A stretch of 64,000 nt of DNA from the sequence record OL744216.1. One strand, given 5' to 3'. The notes below the pieces were generated by a model. That model saw only the letters and a list, made by a program, of their open reading frames with translations, was not told the origin of the DNA and did not search any database. Of the stretch, positions 28,300 to 37,130 are shown piece by piece (the stretch's first letter is position 1; the number at the start of each line of letters is the position of its first letter). The DNA comes from Enterobacter phage vB_ExiM_F4M1E. The translations under genes and the position numbers were made by a program.

Positions 28300-28497
28300 T
28301 TATTCGTTACCCACGGTATGGATAAATAGGTTTAAAACTATTGCCACGCCAGTTAACAGCCCGCCGAAGAACATGACCAGCGGAACCTCATTGGCAAAAG
28401 GAGAGGCCATGAGTTCAGGGAACATCTTTTCAACACCCCATTTTCCCAAGCCGATCCAAATCAAGGCATTTACCACCACTGCAATAAGAAATCTCAT
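28300..28497 (-). CDS. small membrane protein
   Basis: two TM helices. Confidence 0.45.
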   Translation of the reverse strand: MRFLIAVVVNALIWIGLGKWGVEKMFPELMASPFANEVPLVMFFGGLLTGVAIVLNLFIHTVGNE

Positions 28498-29024
28498 GCT
28501 TTCATCTCCTTGGGTTTATAAAATACATGGTAGCCGATAGTGGCTGTCTTCGTAAAGAACTTTCTCCAGTATGGTTTGACCTTCTTCGTGTGGAAGTGAG
28601 TTGCGCCATGTGTTGGGTCCAGCTTGTTATACAATACATCATTGTTCCGGATCTTGTAAAGGAATTTCGCAATATCCTGTGCAACCATCCAAGACTCTTT
28701 ATCACGAACGGCGTACCCGCTACGGATCATCGTCCAAGAGAATTGAGAGGATTGATATACGACTTTCCTCACTGACTCCGGATAACCGTCATGTTTCAGC
28801 CTGTTCAGAGTAACAAATCCAACCGCCATCTGTCCACTGATATTTTCCCCACGCGACTCGAAATAAATATTGCAGGCCAAGGCATTGACCGACGAGTCAT
28901 TCTTTTTGCACACATGAACAACCGGGGCGAGCTTTTTCTTCGGTGTATTCTCTTTAGCTAAGGCGGATGCCGGGGCTAAAGAAAGTACGCTGGCTGCAAT
29001 GAGGGCAGCGGTGCTCTTTCTCAT
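28494..29024 (-). CDS. secreted cell-wall hydrolase, SleB/CwlJ (Hydrolase_2)-like
   Basis: signal peptide MRKSTAALIAASVLSLAPASALA; NIYFESRGE...GQMAVGFVTLNR motif; TAGGAG RBS. Confidence 0.55.
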   Translation of the reverse strand: MRKSTAALIAASVLSLAPASALAKENTPKKKLAPVVHVCKKNDSSVNALACNIYFESRGENISGQMAVGFVTLNRLKHDGYPESVRKVVYQSSQFSWTMIRSGYAVRDKESWMVAQDIAKFLYKIRNNDVLYNKLDPTHGATHFHTKKVKPYWRKFFTKTATIGYHVFYKPKEMKA

Positions 29025-29073
29025 ACAAACTCCTAAATAAGAAAGGCCCAGTTTATCACTGAGCCTTTGGAAG

Positions 29074-29475
29074 TCAAGCCTTTTTGGAGGCTTGAGCGAG
29101 GACGCCCTTCTTAACATCTTCCCAAAGGGAATTGAGGAAAGGGTCGTTCTTGATCACATCCGGATACCAAGGCCCGTAGATACGGTATACGGAATCCACA
29201 GTGATCGCATACAACTGCCCGCCATTAACTGCGAGGCCAGTTACGTAGCCCGTTCGGACTTGGGTGCCATCTTTGCCAGTCTTCCGGCGCTTCGCCTCAT
29301 TGAACTCGATATAGCCCGTCAATGTAACGATCTTCTCGGGGACTTGCAGGTCGGGCAGCTTTTCATGATTGATTAGCTGATTACCGGACTTGCTGCCCTC
29401 CAGGCAAAGATTACCCCCGTACTTCTTGCCGTACTTCCTGGCAAACTCAGCCATTTTAGTCGTGGACAATTTCAC
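29074..29475 (-). CDS. hypothetical protein
   Basis: 133 aa ORF. Confidence 0.5.
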   Translation of the reverse strand: MKLSTTKMAEFARKYGKKYGGNLCLEGSKSGNQLINHEKLPDLQVPEKIVTLTGYIEFNEAKRRKTGKDGTQVRTGYVTGLAVNGGQLYAITVDSVYRIYGPWYPDVIKNDPFLNSLWEDVKKGVLAQASKKA

Positions 29476-29977
29476 TCTCCTTCAGAACATAGATGGTCAC
29501 ATCGAAGTCTCGCAGGCGACCCTCGATCATCCGGGAGATGATACCCCAATCACCCCCGGCAAGTCCAGCCCCGATTTTAGGCAGACCGATCTTCAGATCG
29601 TGGGTTGGCATGTCAAGAATACGACACTTGGCATGAAGAGACACCGCCATCGCTGACAGCGCCGAACGCAGTGCCCAGTAATCGAGGTCCATCTTACCCT
29701 CTTTGCGACCCGTGAAGGTGTACTGGCTGTACAGGTTGTACACCAGCAGACCATTCTCGGAGAACGCGCAGGATAATGTCCCCAACTTTGCCTTATCTCC
29801 CCGTACTGTCATCTGGTCCGCCGTCCATGCCTCTGGGAACGCCTCGGCTATCTTCGGGGCAATACCAGACTTCATTGTATTCATGCAGTTGCAGCCGTGG
29901 GCGATGACATTCACCTCCCCGGCCTTTGCAGCCGTGATCAGGTTGCCTACCTTGTACCGTATTTTACCACATGGCAT
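29456..29977 (-). CDS. macro-domain (ADP-ribose binding/processing) protein
   Basis: VNVIAHGCNCMNTMKSGIAPKI and LPKIGAGLAGGDWGI segments matching macro-domain motifs; GAGGTGAA RBS at MPCGKIRY. Confidence 0.5.
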   Translation of the reverse strand: MPCGKIRYKVGNLITAAKAGEVNVIAHGCNCMNTMKSGIAPKIAEAFPEAWTADQMTVRGDKAKLGTLSCAFSENGLLVYNLYSQYTFTGRKEGKMDLDYWALRSALSAMAVSLHAKCRILDMPTHDLKIGLPKIGAGLAGGDWGIISRMIEGRLRDFDVTIYVLKESEIVHD

Positions 29978-29978
29978 C

Positions 29979-30191
29979 TTAAAGTTCACCTCGCTTCGCT
30001 CTCTGGCAGATCTGGAGAACATCGTAGCACGACTGCTTCACAATCCAAGGCTCCCCACGATACAGGGTGATGAGGGTCCCTTTACGATCTGTCCCCTCGA
30101 TCTGTGTCACTTGTGGGTGAAACTCCCGGATATTTGCAACATCGAGGCAGATCGATTCCTCAGAAGCCAGTTGATTGAGATATACAAACAT
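29979..30191 (-). CDS. hypothetical protein
   Basis: 70 aa ORF. Confidence 0.4.
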   Translation of the reverse strand: MFVYLNQLASEESICLDVANIREFHPQVTQIEGTDRKGTLITLYRGEPWIVKQSCYDVLQICQRAKRGEL

Positions 30192-30199
30192 GAACCCTC

Positions 30200-30466
30200 C
30201 TACAGGTATTGGCTTTCAAGCCACTGCGCCGCCTCGTCAGGTGACTTACAGTCTCGCTTTTCGTTGATGGTAAACCAGCCGTCGATGCAATTACACGCCC
30301 AGTCTTCCTCGTCCTCTTCCTCCGCACGTTCTTGAACCTCAACATGCCAAGTGCCGTCCCAGCTCTGGTCGATAATTACCTGAACCTCATTGTGGAGTTC
30401 TTTTTCCACACGGTCAGCAACCTCATTGAACTGGTCCATAATATCAATTTCATTTTCCACTTTCAA
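30200..30466 (-). CDS. acidic hypothetical protein
   Basis: 88 aa, EEEDEED tract. Confidence 0.45.
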   Translation of the reverse strand: MKVENEIDIMDQFNEVADRVEKELHNEVQVIIDQSWDGTWHVEVQERAEEEDEEDWACNCIDGWFTINEKRDCKSPDEAAQWLESQYL

Positions 30467-30827
30467 TCTCCTTCAGTTTGAGAGACAGAGCCTCAACCTC
30501 ACGCTTGAGGTCTTCAGCCTTCAACACTGTTCGGGACCACTCTTGGGCTTTATCCATGAGTTGCCTACCAATAGCGATCGCCTCTGTAGCGCACACAATT
30601 TCGCCTTTACTATAGCGAACCTTGACAGTCCTGTTGTATGGCACAGCACACCAACCCACCGCACCAAGGTTAGTGTAGTGGCTGAATTTGTACGGCCCCC
30701 AAACTTTACCCGTCTTTTGGTTGAAGACCCAAAAGTCATCACCCCATTTCAGTTGTGGGTTCCAACTTTTATCGATCTCGTCCTGATATCGGTAGTCACT
30801 CGGTTTGTATTCCGGTCGTCTGCTCAT
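30450..30827 (-). CDS. hypothetical protein
   Basis: 125 aa ORF. Confidence 0.5.
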   Translation of the reverse strand: MSRRPEYKPSDYRYQDEIDKSWNPQLKWGDDFWVFNQKTGKVWGPYKFSHYTNLGAVGWCAVPYNRTVKVRYSKGEIVCATEAIAIGRQLMDKAQEWSRTVLKAEDLKREVEALSLKLKEIESGK

Positions 30828-31270
30828 TCTTCAGACCCCATCATGTTGAGTTTACGGCCCGCCCGCATCTCTAAAAATGCTTTCAGGTCCCCAAACTTCC
30901 CTGTCGCCACCGCTCCCGCTGGCGCTCGGTTGTAGTCCCAGGCTTCCTTCGCCTCCTCGATATCACCAACACGGGCTTCGATCTGCTTTCTCAGAGAATA
31001 CGCAGAATAGCCAGAACGGATGACTCTGGGCGGAACATAGCGAATAATACCTGCATCAATTGCACGTTGGGACATTGCGACCTTGTTCCTGTGCATCTTG
31101 ATACATTTCACTACGTACTCCTCGAACTCTTTCTTGAACGCCGGATGGATCAGTGCCTCCGGGGCATAGAAATGCACCACACGATATTGACCATCCTCAC
31201 CTTTGAGGTACTGAATCTCTGGACGACCAAATTGCACTGTCACATCAAAATCTTCAATCGTAAATTTCAT
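30824..31270 (-). CDS. hypothetical protein
   Basis: 148 aa ORF. Confidence 0.5.
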   Translation of the reverse strand: MKFTIEDFDVTVQFGRPEIQYLKGEDGQYRVVHFYAPEALIHPAFKKEFEEYVVKCIKMHRNKVAMSQRAIDAGIIRYVPPRVIRSGYSAYSLRKQIEARVGDIEEAKEAWDYNRAPAGAVATGKFGDLKAFLEMRAGRKLNMMGSEE

Positions 31271-31313
31271 CTAAAAAGCCCTCTCTGTTTCCAATGAGGG
31301 CAGATTACATGAC

Positions 31314-31505
31314 TTACTCTTCGGTGTCAACCTTTTCGACGAACACAATGTCGCCATATTTCAGCTTACGACGAGAGTCATCGTCATTTTCAACACGGTT
31401 CACGTTGAAAGAACCCTTGGCATTAGAGCGTCGCCAGCCGGACGCGCCGCCAAACTGAGTGCATAAAGCACGAAAGTCTTCGCTGGACACTTCGATCTTG
31501 TGCAT
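31314..31505 (-). CDS. hypothetical protein
   Basis: 63 aa ORF. Confidence 0.4.
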   Translation of the reverse strand: MHKIEVSSEDFRALCTQFGGASGWRRSNAKGSFNVNRVENDDDSRRKLKYGDIVFVEKVDTEE

Positions 31506-31828
31506 TACAGGCTCCCCGGCAGTACCAGTTTAGGACCTTCACCTTTCTTCGACTCACGGATACGTTCACGGACGTAAACCTCGATGTCGGTAGGACGCCA
31601 CAGTTCAACCGCAACAACCTGGAAGCGACCAATGTGGGCACCCGGCTGCTTGTCCATGTGACTCGCCATCAGCTTCGCACTGTCTTCATCAGCGAAGACT
31701 GCCTTGACCGTGATCGCATGACCGTCATCCGTCTGACCGAGGCTCATGGAGGGCACATTGTGCCCGGCGGCAGTATCATCAATCGCAAACATGAGGGTAG
31801 TCCCGCAAACGGTATTAGTCAGTTCCAT
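31505..31828 (-). CDS. hypothetical protein (start MELTNTV)
   Basis: GGAGAAAA RBS. Confidence 0.45.
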   Translation of the reverse strand: MELTNTVCGTTLMFAIDDTAAGHNVPSMSLGQTDDGHAITVKAVFADEDSAKLMASHMDKQPGAHIGRFQVVAVELWRPTDIEVYVRERIRESKKGEGPKLVLPGSL

Positions 31829-32075
31829 CAATTTTCTCCACTTTGTCGCCAAAACAGGCCATGAAAGTACGGCCTTCATCACCACCGAACGGGATCATTA
31901 CCTGAGTCCCGATCACAATTGCATCATCGCTTGCCAAAATAGGCTGGCTCATGATGGCTTTTCCGAGTATATCCCAGTCACATGCGTACCGGAAAGTGTC
32001 TCCACACTTTATATCATGTGCATATACAAACATAATCACCCCACGCAGACTTCGTACCAGCCGCATTTTGTGCAT
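31815..32075 (-). CDS. hypothetical protein
   Basis: 86 aa ORF. Confidence 0.4.
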   Translation of the reverse strand: MHKMRLVRSLRGVIMFVYAHDIKCGDTFRYACDWDILGKAIMSQPILASDDAIVIGTQVMIPFGGDEGRTFMACFGDKVEKIDGTD

Positions 32076-32155
32076 TCACGAACGAAAGCGTGAACGCTAC
32101 CAGTGGTTACGAACTTGTGTTGACAATTCTGTTGTTTCACGGACTTTACTGTCAT
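32036..32155 (-). CDS. small zinc-ribbon protein (39 aa, start MTVKSVKQQNC)
   Basis: CQHK...CTKCGWYEVC; AAGGGGTG RBS; ATGA overlap. Confidence 0.35.
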   Translation of the reverse strand: MTVKSVKQQNCQHKFVTTGSVHAFVRECTKCGWYEVCVG

Positions 32156-32496
32156 ACCACACCCCTTGGTTTTACCAGTTCCAGATCCGACTGCGGGATG
32201 AAATAGAACCCGCTGCGATAGAACCACTCGTACCCATCGCTGCCTTCCTGCACCTCGGCATCGCTCACATAAAACGACTTCCCGTTGAACTTATCACGTA
32301 CAAAGTCCCCACGGGTAAAGCCCGGGATACCGCATTTACGGACGTGATAAAGCTCATGACGAACTCCCTCAAACGCCCCACGGAGATCCATAACCTCACG
32401 AAGTTCGAACTCCACGTCCTCTTCGTCGTTACCGATCCCGTGGATCTTGGCATCAATCCGGGTCAGCAGGTCCTCTACTGTATCCCAATCTGTCAT
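32152..32496 (-). CDS. hypothetical protein
   Basis: 114 aa ORF. Confidence 0.45.
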   Translation of the reverse strand: MTDWDTVEDLLTRIDAKIHGIGNDEEDVEFELREVMDLRGAFEGVRHELYHVRKCGIPGFTRGDFVRDKFNGKSFYVSDAEVQEGSDGYEWFYRSGFYFIPQSDLELVKPRGVV

Positions 32497-33224
32497 CCTT
32501 TGTCCTCCAACTCCAGAGGCTTCATACCCAGAGCCTTGATCCCGGTACGCTGGATCAGGCTGTTCAGGGACGCTTCAATCTCTGCGTTGGCACGAGCCAT
32601 CACCGTCTCTGAATGCTCAGTGAAGGTATGGAGTGCATAGGCCGTTACTTCTGGCAGCTTGGCATGAATGGTCTGGAACTTCTCCATCGCCGCCTGCAAC
32701 TCACCCTTATTGGCTTTACCTTTGGCAATCAACGCCGACAGGGCTTCAAGGCCCTCTGCATGGCGTTTCATCATGATTTTGAGGGATGCCTCAATCTCAC
32801 GATTAGCCTGCTCGGTACTGGTGTTCTGCCCATCGATCAGAGGAAGGTTGCCCTGCCCATGAGGGGTAATGTAACGCAAGGTACACGGTACACCATTCCC
32901 GCTGTGGGATGCAACCAAACCTGCCCACTGGTAAGCTGTCAGTTCCAGTTCCAGCACACGCCCTCCACGGCTCTGTGGCTGGCTGCGGTAATTAGGAATA
33001 CCGTAGGCCGTCTCTTCATACGCCAGGTCAATACGAAGCGCTATGCGCTCATTATGGACGATGTCTGAACCAAACATCTCAGTATTGCCACCTGACGGAT
33101 GGGTCAGTGTGATTCGACCATATGCCGGGTGTTCCTGAATAATACGATCACAACCTGAACCCGTCATTTCGGAACGGATCGTTGGTCGCTCCTTCGGATA
33201 CGGTTTGCCTTCTTCTCTGCTCAT
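32493..33224 (-). CDS. hypothetical protein
   Basis: 243 aa ORF. Confidence 0.5.
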   Translation of the reverse strand: MSREEGKPYPKERPTIRSEMTGSGCDRIIQEHPAYGRITLTHPSGGNTEMFGSDIVHNERIALRIDLAYEETAYGIPNYRSQPQSRGGRVLELELTAYQWAGLVASHSGNGVPCTLRYITPHGQGNLPLIDGQNTSTEQANREIEASLKIMMKRHAEGLEALSALIAKGKANKGELQAAMEKFQTIHAKLPEVTAYALHTFTEHSETVMARANAEIEASLNSLIQRTGIKALGMKPLELEDKG

Positions 33225-33445
33225 TTCACCACCTTCACTACATAGCCCGAAGTTTTCTTTGTCTTGCGAACAGAACCACCATCTGTGGTGTACTCAATGC
33301 TCGCCATATTCAAAGCCTTCGAGAAGCCAATAATCTTGCCACGAGACATCCCGTGACGGTTGTACTCAGTAAACACCACTTCATCACCGATTGCAAGTGC
33401 GTTTCCGACAAAATCATTCATTTCCATTCGCTCGCTGCTCCTCAA
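33221..33445 (-). CDS. hypothetical protein
   Basis: 74 aa ORF. Confidence 0.45.
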   Translation of the reverse strand: MRSSERMEMNDFVGNALAIGDEVVFTEYNRHGMSRGKIIGFSKALNMASIEYTTDGGSVRKTKKTSGYVVKVVK

Positions 33446-33650
33446 AAAACAGTTCGTCTGCCATGTCGTTTAAGACTTGGGCCAGTTCCCGTGCCTTCTC
33501 CCGAGAAAGGTACATAAACTCCTCTCCGAGGCAACAAGGCCCACCAGTCCGGCGGACAGCCAAAACTATTTGGCGATACCCTCGTGGTTCAACCACCGCC
33601 GTGGTCGAAGAGTATTTATCCTCACGATCACCATCAATATACTTTCTCAT
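33414..33650 (-). CDS. hypothetical protein
   Basis: 78 aa ORF. Confidence 0.4.
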   Translation of the reverse strand: MRKYIDGDREDKYSSTTAVVEPRGYRQIVLAVRRTGGPCCLGEEFMYLSREKARELAQVLNDMADELFFEEQRANGNE

Positions 33651-34681
33651 TTCTTCCCCTTACGCTTAAATTTGTTGTGACCCTTACCACGGCGGAGCTT
33701 AGTGTGCTCCCAATCACGTGCTGGTTTCTCGACCTTAGCGATAGCTGCAAGCTCGTTAAGGTTCCACGTATCGAAAGAATGACCAATTACAGCCAACTCT
33801 TCTTTTCGGAACCCGGTAAGTGCAGCGGCGAGAGAAGCACCAATCCCAGTGCCGCCAACTATAGCTACTTTACGCTGCTTGTCAAGAAATTCTTTGGCCT
33901 TTTCCACAGAGATCTCTTCCACCTCTGAAAGGTCGAGATCCTTTTTACGTGCGCCGTACATCCACGCCCACATAACAGGTTTCAAAGCCTGCTTGGTGCC
34001 AAAGTAAACATCCACATTGAACTCCCGGCAGAGCTTCATCAGTTCCCTCATGGTTTCATCGGCAGTGCGGACCAAGATGTTTGCATCTGGGATGGCCTCC
34101 ACAAAGATCGGATGTTTACGAACACCCATGAACTGATAAACCTCGTCAGATCGTTCCAATCGGGCGCGGAGTCGCTTGAACTCTTCCGGGTCCTCCACCA
34201 AGTCCGTGATTTTGAACATCAGCGGATGCTTCGGTTTCGGAACGTCCTGTAAACACATCTCCTCCAGCTTGGCAAAGTCCCCTTCCAATTGGAGGGTGAA
34301 CTCAGTATTCTTGTCGATGGGGCGCATCTTTCCTCCCGGCATCTGCCATTCCATAACCAGACGGGCTGGAATACGGCGTCCTGTTGGGCTGGTCACAACC
34401 TTCAAATCGTGTTTACGGACGAGTTCACGAACCTCTTCCACGACCTTGGCGATTGCCGGATCGTCACCGGAGAAATTAATATCCGGGCGAGCCGCCAGAA
34501 ATTGATCCATATCTACCATTACCGTGCGGGCCTTTTCCATGTCGATTTCAAATCCCTCTGCACGTTGCTTTCTGAGGTTTTTCAAGTGGTCCTTGAAGAA
34601 CGGGTCTTCGATAAAAATACCTTCGTCCAAAGTTACACGGGCTTCTTCGAAAGTCTGACCTTGGGATTTGAAATTGTTCAT
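33647..34681 (-). CDS. hypothetical protein (344 aa, basic C-terminus)
   Basis: long ORF; Gly-rich IVGGTGIGASLAAALTG segment; function not recognised. Confidence 0.55.
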   Translation of the reverse strand: MNNFKSQGQTFEEARVTLDEGIFIEDPFFKDHLKNLRKQRAEGFEIDMEKARTVMVDMDQFLAARPDINFSGDDPAIAKVVEEVRELVRKHDLKVVTSPTGRRIPARLVMEWQMPGGKMRPIDKNTEFTLQLEGDFAKLEEMCLQDVPKPKHPLMFKITDLVEDPEEFKRLRARLERSDEVYQFMGVRKHPIFVEAIPDANILVRTADETMRELMKLCREFNVDVYFGTKQALKPVMWAWMYGARKKDLDLSEVEEISVEKAKEFLDKQRKVAIVGGTGIGASLAAALTGFRKEELAVIGHSFDTWNLNELAAIAKVEKPARDWEHTKLRRGKGHNKFKRKGKK

Positions 34682-34738
34682 GTTTACTTCCTCATTTGTG
34701 TTGGTATGGGGCCATATTACAGGCCCCGATCTCTACTG

Positions 34739-35002
34739 TCAACCGAATTTTAATACTTCAGTGAAAAACTGGAAGAGAACCTGCGGAAGGATGATGATGA
34801 CGAACAGGCGCACAGGCATCCAGACCGCAGTGTGCCAGGTGAACAGGCCACGGGTAGCCGGGCTGAACAGGTAGCGAATACGACGAGCGGTCGCAAACAC
34901 TTCGTTAACCCAACCATAGATGATCCAGAACACACCAAAGAACAGCACAAAAATCAGAGCTTCCGGTGGGGTTACGGTGAAGAAATTAATTAGCGCTTGC
35001 AT
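34739..35002 (-). CDS. membrane protein
   Basis: two TM helices. Confidence 0.45.
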   Translation of the reverse strand: MQALINFFTVTPPEALIFVLFFGVFWIIYGWVNEVFATARRIRYLFSPATRGLFTWHTAVWMPVRLFVIIILPQVLFQFFTEVLKFG

Positions 35003-35267
35003 AAGTCTCCCTTAAATCAGATTCACATTGATAGAAATTATATGTCGGGACATAGTACACCCAAGAGTGCAATAAATCCGACCAGAACATCCCTTGCACT
35101 ACAAACTCATGACCCTCTGTCGAAGAGTCCCCGCCACAGATAGCCACTGGCGTACCGCAACGGTATTTCGGCATCCCGAAATTCTTTATCGCCCAACGGT
35201 CATGCTGGCACAAATCTTTACCGAAGTAAAGTCCCAGTGTGTCCAGTTCAACTTCATTAGTACCCAT
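34986..35267 (-). CDS. hypothetical protein (start MGTNEVELD)
   Basis: GAGGGGG RBS. Confidence 0.4.
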   Translation of the reverse strand: MGTNEVELDTLGLYFGKDLCQHDRWAIKNFGMPKYRCGTPVAICGGDSSTEGHEFVVQGMFWSDLLHSWVYYVPTYNFYQCESDLRETYASAN

Positions 35268-35529
35268 AATCAACCCCCTCGTCAATCGTGGTGACTGTTC
35301 TCGACTGTTTCCCACTTCTATATTCTGAGGTGACGGTCGCCCCTGGGCAGTAAACCACGTTCAAAGTGCTGGCGTTTTTCCCCTCCATGTAATAGATTTT
35401 ACAACCCTTTTCTGCCAACTCTTTCGGCAGAATGTAGCTGTCTGTGGATTCAGTTGTACTGGCATCACAACCAACCAAGACCCCGGCGGTAAGAACTGCC
35501 GCCACCAACATCCAAATTTTAGCCTTCAT
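35257..35529 (-). CDS. lipoprotein
   Basis: signal peptide with lipobox LVGC; GGAGAGC RBS. Confidence 0.5.
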   Translation of the reverse strand: MKAKIWMLVAAVLTAGVLVGCDASTTESTDSYILPKELAEKGCKIYYMEGKNASTLNVVYCPGATVTSEYRSGKQSRTVTTIDEGVDYGY

Positions 35530-35758
35530 ATTTGCTCTCCAAAGTTAAACGATCGTTCACTTCTTTCTTTTCGACCTTGTAGCCACGGGACTGTAGCAGC
35601 AACACACAGTATTGCTCCAATGTTTCAGAGAACCACCCCATACTTGGGAGTTCGTCCTTGTCAATCACAAAGCCGATAAGGCGTTTGTCCGGCTCGTTGG
35701 TTTTTGGCGCATTGGACAGGCGCAGATTGATACGTTCTGGCTCGTTAATTTTCATCAT
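35519..35758 (-). CDS. hypothetical protein
   Basis: 79 aa ORF. Confidence 0.4.
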   Translation of the reverse strand: MMKINEPERINLRLSNAPKTNEPDKRLIGFVIDKDELPSMGWFSETLEQYCVLLLQSRGYKVEKKEVNDRLTLESKYEG

Positions 35759-36081
35759 ACCTCCGAGTATGAATAAAAGGCCCTTATAATCACGATCTCC
35801 AGTTTAAGACCGGGATTATCTCTTGTCAATGAATTTTTCTTTCTCTGTGCATTCTCCAAATCACAAAAGACTTGAAATTTTTTATTAATGTCGGGAAGAG
35901 TATCGCACCCTTTTATTTTTACAGCATAGTAAACGTCACCGCCCTTCAGTTGCTGCCCCAGCTTATGCTGGAACCAAGCGTTAAAGTGGTCGGGTGTTGT
36001 GTCAATTGGTTCCGGGAACAGCCTCAGCCACCAACCTTTTAGCATCTTCTTCATCCGTGGCACTCCACGCGATAGTGCCAT
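35755..36081 (-). CDS. hypothetical protein (AT-rich local composition)
   Basis: 108 aa ORF. Confidence 0.4.
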   Translation of the reverse strand: MALSRGVPRMKKMLKGWWLRLFPEPIDTTPDHFNAWFQHKLGQQLKGGDVYYAVKIKGCDTLPDINKKFQVFCDLENAQRKKNSLTRDNPGLKLEIVIIRAFYSYSEV

Positions 36082-36281
36082 TCTTCAGACCAATGGCGTG
36101 TCTCGTCCGAAGAGTACACATACAAAACCGAATTTTTGCTCGTCGAAAAGAACTTCTGGATCGATTTTTCATTTACCGGGGTCCCATCTTCAAGAAAGAA
36201 ACCATCCAGAAGAATTGCCAAGCCTTTTCTGGTCTTGGATACAGAAACGTTGTAACCTTCATCAACGGTGGTGTAGATCAT
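36051..36281 (-). CDS. hypothetical protein
   Basis: 76 aa ORF. Confidence 0.4.
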   Translation of the reverse strand: MIYTTVDEGYNVSVSKTRKGLAILLDGFFLEDGTPVNEKSIQKFFSTSKNSVLYVYSSDETRHWSEEWHYRVECHG

Positions 36282-36808
36282 TATTCGTCATCCTCATTTT
36301 TGTATCGGCTTCCCTTGACATTAAAACCAACATCAGCCAAGGCATGAGCAGGCAGTCTGCCATCATCTGTCCAGAAACTCAAGGACTTTTTCTTCTCTTC
36401 CAATTCCTTATCCATCAGGGCCAATAAGACTGCCGGATTAGTCTTCGGCATAGCCTGCTGGCATTTAGAAAGCGCGGCATTGAACTGGCGGGTAATGATA
36501 TCGATCTGGTCCACCATGTCAAGTTCATCCATCGCTTCTTTACACACACAGCAGTGACCAATGTTTTTGTATTCATCCTGCCCGGTGCGGTGGCTGTACT
36601 GCTTCTTCTGGATAGGGAGCGCCCGGCGACCACAGTAAGCACACGCCCGCATTCGATCACCCTTGCCGAGGGTGGCTGTTGGGCGGAGACCTTCTTTGGT
36701 GCTGTCCCAACCTTTATGGTTTCCATTACGCCCGTACATCCAAGAGAAGAACTTTTGTGCTCTCTCATCGACATGATCTTCGCCTGCGTGTTCTGTGTGT
36801 TCAAACAT
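36281..36808 (-). CDS. HNH-type endonuclease-like protein
   Basis: CAYCG...H...N.GHCCVC arrangement consistent with HNH/zinc-finger nuclease fold. Confidence 0.4.
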   Translation of the reverse strand: MFEHTEHAGEDHVDERAQKFFSWMYGRNGNHKGWDSTKEGLRPTATLGKGDRMRACAYCGRRALPIQKKQYSHRTGQDEYKNIGHCCVCKEAMDELDMVDQIDIITRQFNAALSKCQQAMPKTNPAVLLALMDKELEEKKKSLSFWTDDGRLPAHALADVGFNVKGSRYKNEDDE

Positions 36809-37007
36809 TCCCCTCTCCTTTCATAAATTGAGCGAATGCCAACAAGTCCGCCGGAGACATGTGCTTTACATACGCCCCGTACTCACCATACAAGTTCTCC
36901 AAGACTTCCGGGCATTTGCCGGGGTGGAAGCCGAGGTTCTGGAGATTCTCGATAGTGGTGGCGATCAGCAGTAATTTTTTGAAGTCTTCTTCTTTCATTC
37001 TTAACAT
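36801..37007 (-). CDS. hypothetical protein, first gene of the leftward block
   Basis: 68 aa ORF directly downstream of leftward promoter. Confidence 0.45.
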   Translation of the reverse strand: MLRMKEEDFKKLLLIATTIENLQNLGFHPGKCPEVLENLYGEYGAYVKHMSPADLLAFAQFMKGEGNV

Positions 37008-37038
37008 TTATCGTTCCTCGTCTGTGTTTGATGAGAGT

Positions 37039-37067
37039 AATATACAGGGTCTCGATCGAGAAATCAA
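37039..37067 (-). promoter_or_regulatory. leftward sigma70-type promoter TTGATT-N17-TATATT with operator-like palindrome in spacer
   Basis: perfect 12-bp palindrome TCTCGATCGAGA (37050-37061) sits in the spacer; it shares the GGTCTCGATCG word with iterons at 48.4 kb. Confidence 0.5.
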
Positions 37068-37130
37068 TACTTGAATCGTATTTTTGTTCATGCTACCTTA
37101 TTGTTCACTAAACATGAACAGGAGAGCACC

